A DNA stretch of 64,000 bases from Thermoanaerobaculia bacterium (GTDB taxonomy: Bacteria; Acidobacteriota; Thermoanaerobaculia; Multivoradales; Multivoraceae): assembly GCA_963666565.1 (NCBI GenBank), contig OY762911.1:2368001-2432000 (forward strand). Reading direction: 5' to 3'. The translations under genes were made by a program, and so were the position numbers. Below the pieces are notes generated by a model. It was given only the letters and a program-made list of their open reading frames with translations. It did no database searches and was not told the DNA's origin. Shown here piece by piece: positions 41,527-50,329 of this stretch. Numbering within the stretch: the stretch's first letter is position 1; each line of letters opens with the position of its first letter.

Positions 41527-42016
41527 CGACGTCGGTATCACCCGCCCGGCTTGGGGCCGCAGGGGAGGGGTTCCCAGCGGCCGCTCGCGTTCTCTCGGAG
41601 GAGGGGAAGCTGACGCTCGCTTCACTCCGCTCGCTTCGGATGGTCGGTGCGTGCGGTCAGGTCGTCGGGAGTCGCTCGCTTCGAGCCCGCGGGGAACCCC
41701 TCCCCTGCGGCCCCGCAACGGGCTAGACCTCGTCGGACCTCGCGGAACCTGAACACTGGTCGATCCCGCGCGGTACGTTCTCCCGACGACGACCAGACTG
41801 TGGTGGAGTCCGGGGAGAGGGTCCCTGGGGGCTGGAGGCAAGTGACTCCCGACAACGTTGCCGGAACCGATGCCGACGTGAAACGCAGCCGACCGAAGCG
41901 AGCGCTCACTTCTCATTCATCGGGAAAGCGCGAGCGGCCCCAGGGACCCTCTCCCCGGACTCCGCCGCAGGCGGGTGTACCCGCAGCGCTCCGCTGCGCC
42001 GCCGACGTCGCTACGC
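41521..42016. mobile_element. Nested inverted-repeat (MITE-like) structure
   Basis: Perfect IRs: 15 bp 41521-41535/42002-42016; 23 bp 41553-41575/41692-41714; 26 bp 41805-41830/41938-41963. Confidence 0.7.
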
Positions 42017-42916
42017 GCAGTTGCAGAGTTCGATGAAGAAGGCGCGGACGGTGTCGGTGAACTCCGGATTCGTCAGGGTGTTCATGTGGTTCGCGCCTTC
42101 GATGACGTGGAGGCGGTGCTCCTTCATGACGCCGACCAAGGCGTCGGCGTTGGGCTTGAGGGGATCGTCGCTGCCTATGATGTTGAGGGTCGGCACCTTG
42201 TTGACGCGGAGGAGTTCGGCGCTCACGTCGAGGCCGGCCATGCCGCGGACGACGGCGGCCAGGGCCTTCTGGTCGTTCGAGGCGACCATCGCCTGGCCGA
42301 TCGGCTGAACCTGTTCGGGCGTCGGCGGGTCGTCGCCGGGCCAGAGGAACTCGACGAGGGGGCCGCCGCCCTTGCCCGCTTCGAGGGAGGCGGCGAGCGC
42401 GTCGAACATCGCTTCGTCGCGCAGTTCGGGGCTCGGCCAGCCGGCGCCGCCGATCACGGCGGACATCAGCCGGTCGGGCGCCAGGGCGATGAGCTTCATC
42501 GCGATGAAGCCGCCCATCGAGTAGCCGACCACGTTCGCCTGCTGCAGCCGCAGATGATCCAGCAGGTCGACGACGTCGAGGGCCATGCGCTCGCCGTAGC
42601 TCTCGGCGTCGTGCGGCTTGCCGCTCTTGCCGTGGCCGCGCTGGTCGACGGCGATGACCTGGAACTCCTCGGCCAGGCGGCCGACGATGCCCGCCGCGCC
42701 CCAGTTCGAGGCGGCGGTGCCGGTGATGCCGTGGAGCAGCACGACCGGGTCGCCGCGGCCTTCGACCTGGTAGTGGATCTCGACGCCGTCGGTGGCCGTG
42801 AAGGACCGGGTTGCGGCTTCGCCCTGGGCCCAGGCGCCGGCGAAGGCGGCGAGCGCGAGCAGAGCCGTCAGGACGGCCCGGAACATCGGTCGTCGACACG
42901 TCGTACTTGTTCTCAT
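42011..42916 (-). CDS. Secreted alpha/beta hydrolase
   Basis: Signal peptide; LLHG, DQRGHGKS, GYSMGG, GSDD, GANH. Confidence 0.92.
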   Translation of the reverse strand: MRTSTTCRRPMFRAVLTALLALAAFAGAWAQGEAATRSFTATDGVEIHYQVEGRGDPVVLLHGITGTAASNWGAAGIVGRLAEEFQVIAVDQRGHGKSGKPHDAESYGERMALDVVDLLDHLRLQQANVVGYSMGGFIAMKLIALAPDRLMSAVIGGAGWPSPELRDEAMFDALAASLEAGKGGGPLVEFLWPGDDPPTPEQVQPIGQAMVASNDQKALAAVVRGMAGLDVSAELLRVNKVPTLNIIGSDDPLKPNADALVGVMKEHRLHVIEGANHMNTLTNPEFTDTVRAFFIELCNCA

Positions 42917-43091
42917 GGGGTTCCTTCGCAGGGAGCGAGGCTGGCGCCTCGGAGGTTGTCGTCCACAGGCCGGAAGACTCGCGGCTGCGGGTCGGCGAAG
43001 GCTACCAACCCGACTTGCGCCGGCCGGCGCGACCCGGCCGCTTTGCTACGCTGCCCCGCGTCGCCGATCGGATCACTGCCCGGACAAGACC

Positions 43092-43871
43092 ATGGACATC
43101 GAGAGCGCAGCACGCCGCGTCCGCGAGGACGGCTACACCGTCGAACCCGACTTCCTGGGCGAAGAGACTCTGGAGCGCCTGCGCCGCGACCTCGCCCCGG
43201 TCTTCGACGCCATCGGCAGCCGGATGACCGACGACTACGGCCAGCAGACGATCCACACGCACAACCTGCTGGCCAAGACGCGGGCCGTCGACGAACTCCT
43301 CATGGACGACCGCCTCCTGGGCCTGGTGGAGGCGGTGCTCGGCCCGGACTTCCAGGTCTCCGGCGTCGCCGCGATGCGGCCGGGACCGGGCGACCGTCAC
43401 CAGCGGATGCACCAGGACGACGGCCACTATCCGCTTCCGCGCCCGCACGTTCCGCTGATCGCCAATACGCTGGTCGCGCTGGATCCGTTCACGGCGGAGA
43501 ACGGGGCGACCGAGATCGTTCCCGGCAGCCACCGCTCGGCCGATCCGGTCGATCCCGATGTCCCCACCAGGACGGTGGAGATGCCGGCCGGGGCGCTCTT
43601 CCTGTGGGACGGCGCCGTCTGGCACCGCGGCGGCGGCAACTCGACGGAGAGCGGCTACCGCCGCTCCCTCAACTTCAACTTCAACCTGGCATGGCTCAAG
43701 CAGCGGGAGAACCAGTTCGTCGGTGTGCCGTGGGAAGTCGTGGTGGGAATGCCCGAGAAGCTGCAGGCGTTGATCGGTTACAAGCTGACGAACCGCGGCC
43801 TCGGCACGGTGGACTACCGCAATCCCATCGAGACCGTGAAGCGGCGGGTCGCCGGGGCCGGGGGTTCCTGA
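43092..43871 (+). CDS. Phytanoyl-CoA dioxygenase family (Fe/2OG) protein
   Basis: EDGY, HQDD, ALDPFTAENGATEIVPGSH, WHRGGGN, R..L; likely start ATG 43092. Confidence 0.9.
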   Translation: MDIESAARRVREDGYTVEPDFLGEETLERLRRDLAPVFDAIGSRMTDDYGQQTIHTHNLLAKTRAVDELLMDDRLLGLVEAVLGPDFQVSGVAAMRPGPGDRHQRMHQDDGHYPLPRPHVPLIANTLVALDPFTAENGATEIVPGSHRSADPVDPDVPTRTVEMPAGALFLWDGAVWHRGGGNSTESGYRRSLNFNFNLAWLKQRENQFVGVPWEVVVGMPEKLQALIGYKLTNRGLGTVDYRNPIETVKRRVAGAGGS

Positions 43872-43923
43872 CGCGACCGCGGACCGCGCCGCGCGAAGAC
43901 GCAAAGACAAGGGGAGAATCCAG

Positions 43924-44391
43924 ATGACGGCAGCATCCGCGGCGGAAACCGGGAACAGCGACGCAAGAGCGCGGTCGGCGGTGGAATCCGCCGTCGACAA
44001 GGCCCACAAGGTGGCGCTTGCCGGAGTCGGCGCGGCGAGCGAGGCGGCCGATGCTGGGGCCAAGGTCTTCGACCGGCTGGTCGCGCGCGGCGAGAAGGTG
44101 GAGAGCCAGGGCCGGGAGTCCCTGAGCGGCTGGCGGGACAAGGCCGAGGAGAAGGTCCAGCAGGTGCGAGCCGCGGCCGGGAAGGGCTTCGTGCAGACCC
44201 GGGCCAAGGCGCAGGCCGGGATCGACGGCGAGCTGGAACGGCGGCTGGAGCGGCTGGGAGTGCTTGGCAAGGCGGACCTGGAGGCCGTGATCGAACGGTT
44301 GAGCGCGATCGAGGCGCGGCTCGAGGCGCTGGAGAAGCCGAAGCCGCCGCGCCGGCGCACGGCCAGGAAGGCGTCACCGAAGGCCGGCTAG
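43924..44391 (+). CDS. Phasin family (PHA-granule associated) protein
   Basis: KVALAGVGA, KVFDRLVARGEKVE, LERLGV..KADLE, basic tail. Confidence 0.75.
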   Translation: MTAASAAETGNSDARARSAVESAVDKAHKVALAGVGAASEAADAGAKVFDRLVARGEKVESQGRESLSGWRDKAEEKVQQVRAAAGKGFVQTRAKAQAGIDGELERRLERLGVLGKADLEAVIERLSAIEARLEALEKPKPPRRRTARKASPKAG

Positions 44392-44466
44392 CGCGGCAGA
44401 AGGCCCGGAAGCCGGCGCTTCGCGCCGGATGCCGGCGCACCCGGTTGCTGCCGCGCAGGCTCCTGG

Positions 44467-47379
44467 TTAGGCCGAGCGTCGGCGTCTCGCTCGTCGTTCC
44501 GTCCTGACGGCGCGCAGGCACTCGCGCACCGTAGCTGGCCGGGCGCCCTCTCGAATGCGCTCGTCCGCCAGTTCGAAGGCCATCCGCCACTGTCGCCGCA
44601 GGATCGTGTGGGCGGCGAAGAAGCCGTAGCGGGGGTCGTACATGTGGGTCGCCTCCGATGTCACGCCGTTCACTTCCAGCACTCGGAGACCTTCGCCGCA
44701 CTGGAGCGCCTCGGCGCTCGGGACACGCACGTCGAAGCGGCCGAAGTCGAAGCCGTCGTACGTGGCGCAGATCGCGTTCATAGCCCGTTCCAGTTCGGGC
44801 GTGTGCAGCTCGTTCGCGTCGAGGAAGATCGTCCCGCGGGAGTGCGCGCCGACTTCGGTCAGCTCGACTTCTTCGCCGCCGGCGGGGACGCGCGTCGCCG
44901 CCTCGGGGTGTTCCCGCCGGTAGGTGTGCGCGATGGCGACCGCGCGCGGGTCGTCCAGGATCAACCGTTCGAGGGTGCTGGTTCCGTCGCCGGTCACGAT
45001 CGGCCGGACCTTGTGCGCGATCGAGAAGACGTGCCCGTCGCGTCGGCCCGGATGGCGGGCCCAGAACACGCCGTACTCCTCGCCGTCGACGTACTCCTGC
45101 GCGAGCGCGGCCCCGGGGGTCGCCTCGAAGAACGCCGCCGCGTCCGCCTCGGAGCGCGCGACGGCGACGCCGCGGCCGCGCTCGCCGGTGTTCGGCTTGA
45201 GCACGACCGGCCAGTCCAGTTTCTCCTCTTCCAGGAGTCGCCGCAGCACCGCCACGCGTTCCTCGGGGCCGCCCGGCGGCAGCCGCCGCCACGCCGGCAG
45301 CGCCTCGCCGATGCCGGCCAGCCCTTCCAGGATGTCGCTCTTGGACTCGCCCACCAGGCCGCCGAGCGGCATGGCGGGGTTGATCGCGGTGAACGCCGTC
45401 AGGCTGCCGCGCCGCAGGCCCTGCCAGAGGATGTAGAGCGCGAGCGGCGGGTAGAACGCCCACATCGGCCAGAACTCCCAGCGGCGGACCCGCAGCACCC
45501 GGCCGCGCCAAGCCCGGCGGCCCCGCCAGGTGAACAGCGGTACGACGACGGTGCGGACGGCGACGATCGCGAGCGCCAGCGCCAGCACGGCGCCGGGAAG
45601 GCCGCCCGGCAGGCGGCCGCCGAAGCGCTCGACCGCCTCGCGCCCGACGAGCGCGTTGACGCCGACGAACAGGGGAGTCCAGATCGCCGCGGCGACGGCG
45701 AAACAGAAGGTGAACTTGAGCAGGCTGGTGCGGAGGATGCCGGCGGCGAGGCACGTCGCCAGGCGCGTTCCGGGCAGGAAGCGGCTGACCAGGACGACGA
45801 CCAGCGCCCGCCGCCGCAGCCACGCGGACGCCTCCTCGACCGCGGCCTCCTTGACCCACCACCTGAAGGGCGGAATGCGCAGTGCCGGCCGTCCCAGGAC
45901 GCGGGCGAGCCAGGCGATGAACACATCGCCGCTCAGCAGGCCGACGTAGCAGGCGGCGACGGCGACGGTGAAGTCGAGGCGGCCCTGGGCCACGAGCAGG
46001 CCGGCCGTGACGCAGGTCAGATCCTCGGTGACGTACGCCGCGAACACGAGGAGCAGGAAGACGATCAGCAACGCGGGCCCGACAAACGGCGGCAGGTCCA
46101 TGTCGTCGAACGGCAGCGCGGCGCGCGGCCGGCGTTCCGGCTCGGCGTCGCCGCGGCGGACGGCGGTTCCGTTCTCGACCCGGCTCAGGAAGTCGTCGAT
46201 GCGAGCGGCGAGGTCGGGCCTCGGAGGTTCGTTCCCCGCGTCCCGCGTCGAGTATGCGGTTTCGCCGCCGCCGAAGATGAAGAAGTGGCTGTCCGGCCGC
46301 ATCCACAACTCGCTGTGGGGCACGATCCGGTGGTGCTCGAGCGCCGCCGCCGCCGGCACCAGCGGATCCCGCTCCCCGTGGATGATGAACACGGGCGCTT
46401 CGAGCGCCTCCAGGATGCCGCGCAAGGGCCGCTGGTCCGTGTCGTAGAAGTTGCGGGCGTAGGAGCGGGCGGAAGAGCTGTCGAACAGGCCGAAGTGGGG
46501 AACCAGGTTCCGCATCGTCCAGAGCAGGCCGAGCTGCAGTCCATGCAGGGCGTGGTTCACCGTGTAGTCCCCGAGCAGTTCGAGCTCCTGCACGCCGACC
46601 GACGACACCAGGACGACGGATGCGACTCGGTCGGGCGCGTGGTCCACGAGATGCAGGGCGACCGCGCCGCCCATGCTGAAACCGAGGACGTGGAACCGGT
46701 CGACGGCCAGCCGGTCGAGCAGCTTCAGCGTCGAGTCCGCGTGGCCGCGGGCCGAGTAGTCGGCGACCCCGCGCTCCGAGGCGCCGAAACCCGGCAGGTC
46801 GGGCGCGATGGTCCGCCGTTCGCGGTCAGGGACTCTGAGGTAGAGGCGAACGTCGCTTCGTCGTTCGTCGGCGTCGTCCGGCTGGAGTCGCTGTGCCGCC
46901 AGGGACTCGAGCCGGCGGCTCATGGGCGATCCCTCGAAGACGATCGCGTCGCCGGGGGATCGGCCGTCGACCCGCGCGTCGGGCGCCGCGGGACGTGGGT
47001 CTCGTCCGGCGCCGCTGTCCGCCTGACCGCTCTGGAGCTCGTTGCCAGCCTGCTCGACGAATGCTCGAAGCGTCCAGGCGGCCTGTAGCCGGTTGAAGTT
47101 GTCGGCGGTGCCGGGAGAACCGTGGAGCAACACGAGCGGCAACCTGGCCTCCTCGGTTCCCTGCGTCTCCTTCCACGCGATGCGGAGCGTGCCGTCTCCG
47201 CTCGGCGTCGGGATCTCCATCGTTTGCCGGTTGGGCGGAAGCGGGGCCTCGGGCGCGGCGATCCGCGCCGCCGTCGAGACGACGAGCGCGGAGGCGTAGA
47301 CGGCGAGCAGGACGCGCAGCCAGCGGCGGCCGTGGGACGCGGCCGGTTGGAGCGGTTCCGAAGCGGCCCGTTCAGCCAC
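44467..47379 (-). CDS. Triple fusion: alpha/beta hydrolase + DedA/VTT membrane domain + ATP-grasp ligase
   Basis: LLHGSPG, PDLPGFG, GFSMGG, HGERD; EDLTCVTAGLL...SRFLPGTR; VLKPNTGERGRGV, QEYV, FGRFDVR, LEVNG. Confidence 0.85.
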   Translation of the reverse strand: MAERAASEPLQPAASHGRRWLRVLLAVYASALVVSTAARIAAPEAPLPPNRQTMEIPTPSGDGTLRIAWKETQGTEEARLPLVLLHGSPGTADNFNRLQAAWTLRAFVEQAGNELQSGQADSGAGRDPRPAAPDARVDGRSPGDAIVFEGSPMSRRLESLAAQRLQPDDADERRSDVRLYLRVPDRERRTIAPDLPGFGASERGVADYSARGHADSTLKLLDRLAVDRFHVLGFSMGGAVALHLVDHAPDRVASVVLVSSVGVQELELLGDYTVNHALHGLQLGLLWTMRNLVPHFGLFDSSSARSYARNFYDTDQRPLRGILEALEAPVFIIHGERDPLVPAAAALEHHRIVPHSELWMRPDSHFFIFGGGETAYSTRDAGNEPPRPDLAARIDDFLSRVENGTAVRRGDAEPERRPRAALPFDDMDLPPFVGPALLIVFLLLVFAAYVTEDLTCVTAGLLVAQGRLDFTVAVAACYVGLLSGDVFIAWLARVLGRPALRIPPFRWWVKEAAVEEASAWLRRRALVVVLVSRFLPGTRLATCLAAGILRTSLLKFTFCFAVAAAIWTPLFVGVNALVGREAVERFGGRLPGGLPGAVLALALAIVAVRTVVVPLFTWRGRRAWRGRVLRVRRWEFWPMWAFYPPLALYILWQGLRRGSLTAFTAINPAMPLGGLVGESKSDILEGLAGIGEALPAWRRLPPGGPEERVAVLRRLLEEEKLDWPVVLKPNTGERGRGVAVARSEADAAAFFEATPGAALAQEYVDGEEYGVFWARHPGRRDGHVFSIAHKVRPIVTGDGTSTLERLILDDPRAVAIAHTYRREHPEAATRVPAGGEEVELTEVGAHSRGTIFLDANELHTPELERAMNAICATYDGFDFGRFDVRVPSAEALQCGEGLRVLEVNGVTSEATHMYDPRYGFFAAHTILRRQWRMAFELADERIREGARPATVRECLRAVRTERRARRRRSA

Positions 47380-47478
47380 CGACGCCCTCGACGGTTCGGG
47401 CGGGCGGGCCGGTTGCCGGCCGTGCGACGTCGCCCGCCGCGGGTCCGCTGCGCGATGGCTGCCGCATCGTTCCGGGGA

Positions 47479-48324
47479 TCAGTCGCGCGGGATCTCGGCG
47501 CGGCCGTACGCGTCGCCGACGGCCGCAAGTTCTTCGCTCGTCACCATAGGCCGGAAGGCGTCCGTCATCCGCTCGTGCAGGCGCCGGGCGAGGTCCTTAC
47601 GGTCGGCGCCGCGGAGCGGTTCGCTCCCGAAGGCGATCTCGGCGTCGATGCGGCGAAGTTGGAGCAGTTCGGGGGCGTGGGGCGTCAGCGCCATGTTGCC
47701 CCACCAGGCGATGCTGAGGAAGGCGGGCCGTTCGTCCTCCGGCGTCTCGTACCGGAGCACGGCCCAGTCGACCGGGACGCCGGCTGCGGCGGCCGGCGCC
47801 AGCAGCGACGGCTTGAGCGTCGCCACGGCGTCGCCGGGCGTCGACGTGCCCTCGGGGAACAGGATCACGGAGTCGCCGCCCGCGAGCGCCTCGGCGATCT
47901 GGCTTCCTACCCGGGTCACATCGCGGCGTCGGCCCCGGTCGACGAAGATGATGTCCACGGTACGGCACATCGCGCCGGCCAGCGGCCAGTCCCGGATCTC
48001 CGCCTTCGAGACGAAGCGCCCCGGAGCGAACGCGGAGAGCAGGAGAATGTCGACGTAGGAGAGGTGGTTCGAGACCAGCAGGAACGGCCCGCTCGGCGGT
48101 GCGCCGCGCACCGTCGCCCGGCAGCCGAGGATGGCGAGACTGGCGCGGCCCCAGCGCCGCAGTACCGCGCGCCGGAACCTCCGCCAGGCCCCGGGCGATC
48201 GGCGGAGCAGGAAGGGACGGAGGATCAGCAGGGGGAACCAGGCGGCCAGCGCCGCCAGCAGCAGCGCCGTTGCCCGCCAGATCATCCGGCCGAGCCGGAC
48301 GGTCCTGCTGCCTCGAGGCGTCAT
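47479..48324 (-). CDS. Lysophospholipid/lyso-aminolipid O-acyltransferase (PlsC/OlsA-like)
   Basis: SNHLSYVD, FVSKAEI, FVDR, LFPEGTS; ATGA-coupled to the GNAT gene. Confidence 0.92.
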   Translation of the reverse strand: MTPRGSRTVRLGRMIWRATALLLAALAAWFPLLILRPFLLRRSPGAWRRFRRAVLRRWGRASLAILGCRATVRGAPPSGPFLLVSNHLSYVDILLLSAFAPGRFVSKAEIRDWPLAGAMCRTVDIIFVDRGRRRDVTRVGSQIAEALAGGDSVILFPEGTSTPGDAVATLKPSLLAPAAAAGVPVDWAVLRYETPEDERPAFLSIAWWGNMALTPHAPELLQLRRIDAEIAFGSEPLRGADRKDLARRLHERMTDAFRPMVTSEELAAVGDAYGRAEIPRD

Positions 48325-49346
48325 CCTCGGCGCGGCGCCGCGGCCTCGCTCACGGCTGCCGCCGTCCGGTTCGCGTCCGCGGGCTTCGTGGCCTTGCCTG
48401 CCGGCACCGCCGCTTCGTCAGCCGGCCCGGCCGTTCGCGCCGGCGGTTCGTGCGCCGTCGCTCCGTCGTCCAGGCCGAAGATCAACCGGGTCCTGCGGCT
48501 GAGAGTGGCCGTGTCCATCAGCACCAGGTAGTCGATCGTCTTGAAGTCGCGGTCGATCGCCGGCTGGCTGCAGACGAGGGCGCCGTAGCGGAGGTAGGTC
48601 GCGAACAGCGGCGGAATTTCTACCTTGGGACCGCCGTAGGCCAGATCCGACCCGCACTGGGTGCGCGGGTCTTCCGACCCGCTGCCGCCGAAGGCGGCCT
48701 CCGGCTCTGGCGGCACCTCGCAGCGGGCGTGCTCAAGGACCGGCACGTCGAGATCCGGGCGGACCTTGCCAGCCTCGACGAGTTGCCGGTAGAGGCGGAC
48801 GCCCGCCGCTTGGTCCTGGCTGGTCAGCGAGCAGCAGCCGAACAGATAGCGGAGCCGGTTGTGGACCACGTAGCGGGCCAGGCCCTGCCAGAGCAGGAAG
48901 AGGACCGTCCGCTTCCGGTGCCGGCGATGGATGCAGGCGCGGCCGATCTCGACCGACCGGTCGAGTACGCCGCGCGGCAGGGCGTCCAGGTCGTACTCGA
49001 TGGCCGAGTAGAAGCCGGCGCCGCGCACCGCCATCGCGGCCGTCTGCATCCGGTAGGTGCCGATCGTCGTGCCGTCCGTCCGCTCGACCAGCATGTGGTG
49101 GCAGCTTGCGTCGAACTCGTCCGTGTCGCGGCCGGCTTCCCAGGACTCGTCAAGTCCCTCGCCCAGCTCGCGATTGAAGACCTCGAAGCGGAGCTGGAGC
49201 AGCCGGTCGATGTCGGCGGCGGTGCGGGCGAAGCGGAGCCGGTAGCTGCCGGCCTGGATCCGGCCTTCGGGCAGGCACTCGGGGCTGGGGATGGCGTGGC
49301 CGCTCAGACCGGCTGCCGCCGCGTTGTCGCGCACTGGCTCAGTCAT
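48321..49346 (-). CDS. OlsB-like GNAT N-acyltransferase (amino-lipid synthesis)
   Basis: LRFEVFNRE, DEFDASCHHMLV, GTYRM, GFYS..EYD, EIGRACI, YLFGCCS, IPPLF.TYLR.GA, PAIDRDF. Confidence 0.88.
   Translation of the reverse strand: MTEPVRDNAAAAGLSGHAIPSPECLPEGRIQAGSYRLRFARTAADIDRLLQLRFEVFNRELGEGLDESWEAGRDTDEFDASCHHMLVERTDGTTIGTYRMQTAAMAVRGAGFYSAIEYDLDALPRGVLDRSVEIGRACIHRRHRKRTVLFLLWQGLARYVVHNRLRYLFGCCSLTSQDQAAGVRLYRQLVEAGKVRPDLDVPVLEHARCEVPPEPEAAFGGSGSEDPRTQCGSDLAYGGPKVEIPPLFATYLRYGALVCSQPAIDRDFKTIDYLVLMDTATLSRRTRLIFGLDDGATAHEPPARTAGPADEAAVPAGKATKPADANRTAAAVSEAAAPRRG
48658..48699 (+). repeat. REP-like family 1 copy in frame inside the GNAT coding sequence
   Basis: TGGGTGCGCGGGTCTTCCGACCCGCTGCCGCCGAAGGCGGCC, encoding [14 protein letters not shown] on the minus strand. 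Confidence 0.93.
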
Positions 49347-50301
49347 TGCCACTCGCAGCCGTGGACGGATTCGCTGGATTGGAGACGATGAAGGATGGGG
49401 ACGTGGCGCGTGTCGGCTTGATGAGGAACGTCCGCAGGAAGAGGCGATTGTCGCGTCGCCTCAGGTTTCCCCACACTTCGATCGGTTCGCCCACCCACTC
49501 GAGAACCTCGTGTCCCAAGGGTTGCCCCTGCAGATTCAGTAGATGAACCAGGCTTCGCTCACCGCTTTCCGTCCCCACCAGGAGCGCGGCCGGAATGCCG
49601 CCGCGGATGCAGAGCGAGGCGCAGTCCCGGTGGGGCTTGCCGCGGCCCGGCTTCATGGCGCCGAGATAGCACTTCGTGTCGACGATTTCACCCACAAGCC
49701 TGTGTCCGCTCATGCGAATGACGTTGGTTGCCGCGCCGGGCAGGGGATTCGCTTCGGACCCGGCACCGACGTTCTCGTCGTCGAGGGGCGGCGCCCAGGT
49801 CGCCGGGCCGGCCGGAGCATCCGGCTCGACGGCGGGTCCAGGTTCGGCGGCTCCTTCGGGAAGCTCAAGGGAATGCACTTCGAGCATGGCCGCTTCCGGG
49901 TTCCGGATCGACGTGCCTGAGAGCGCGGTCTCTCTGGACGGCGACGGCGTCCAGGGCGGGCTGGACTCGCTCCGGACGTCGAGTCCGTGCTTGCCGGTGC
50001 CGACCAGCAGATAGCCCTCGGCCGGTCCGTCCGCCGTGATCAGCCGGGGATGGGGATCGACGAGCAGTTCGCCTTCGTAGTCCCGTACGGTTCCGTACTC
50101 GAACACGCCCTCGTCGAACCGCTCCAGTAGCAGGGCCAAGCCGAGGCCGACCGCCGCCGCCAGGACCACTAGGCCGACGGCCGGCCGGCGTACGAACCGG
50201 CGGATGCCAGGGGCCGTCTCGTCGACGTAGCCGACGTAGAAGTCGTGTGGCGCGTTTCGCGCCACACGCGACCCGGTCCGTGTGCGAGTCAGCGAGCGCA
50301 C
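49339..50301 (-). CDS. Membrane-anchored hypothetical protein with Cys/His motif
   Basis: DFYVGY, one TM helix, GEIVDTKCYLGAMKPG.GKPHRDCASLCIRGGIP; stop overlaps GNAT start; start uncertain. Confidence 0.75.
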   Translation of the reverse strand: MRSLTRTRTGSRVARNAPHDFYVGYVDETAPGIRRFVRRPAVGLVVLAAAVGLGLALLLERFDEGVFEYGTVRDYEGELLVDPHPRLITADGPAEGYLLVGTGKHGLDVRSESSPPWTPSPSRETALSGTSIRNPEAAMLEVHSLELPEGAAEPGPAVEPDAPAGPATWAPPLDDENVGAGSEANPLPGAATNVIRMSGHRLVGEIVDTKCYLGAMKPGRGKPHRDCASLCIRGGIPAALLVGTESGERSLVHLLNLQGQPLGHEVLEWVGEPIEVWGNLRRRDNRLFLRTFLIKPTRATSPSFIVSNPANPSTAASGND

Positions 50302-50329
50302 GGATCACACTCGTCCTGGCGGCCGCCAG

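Noticed and set aside
40330-41916. Apparent 530-aa N-terminal extension of LeuRS (1420-aa ORF)
   Set aside because: It is the antisense of the M20 amidohydrolase; LeuRS homology begins near ATG 40329.
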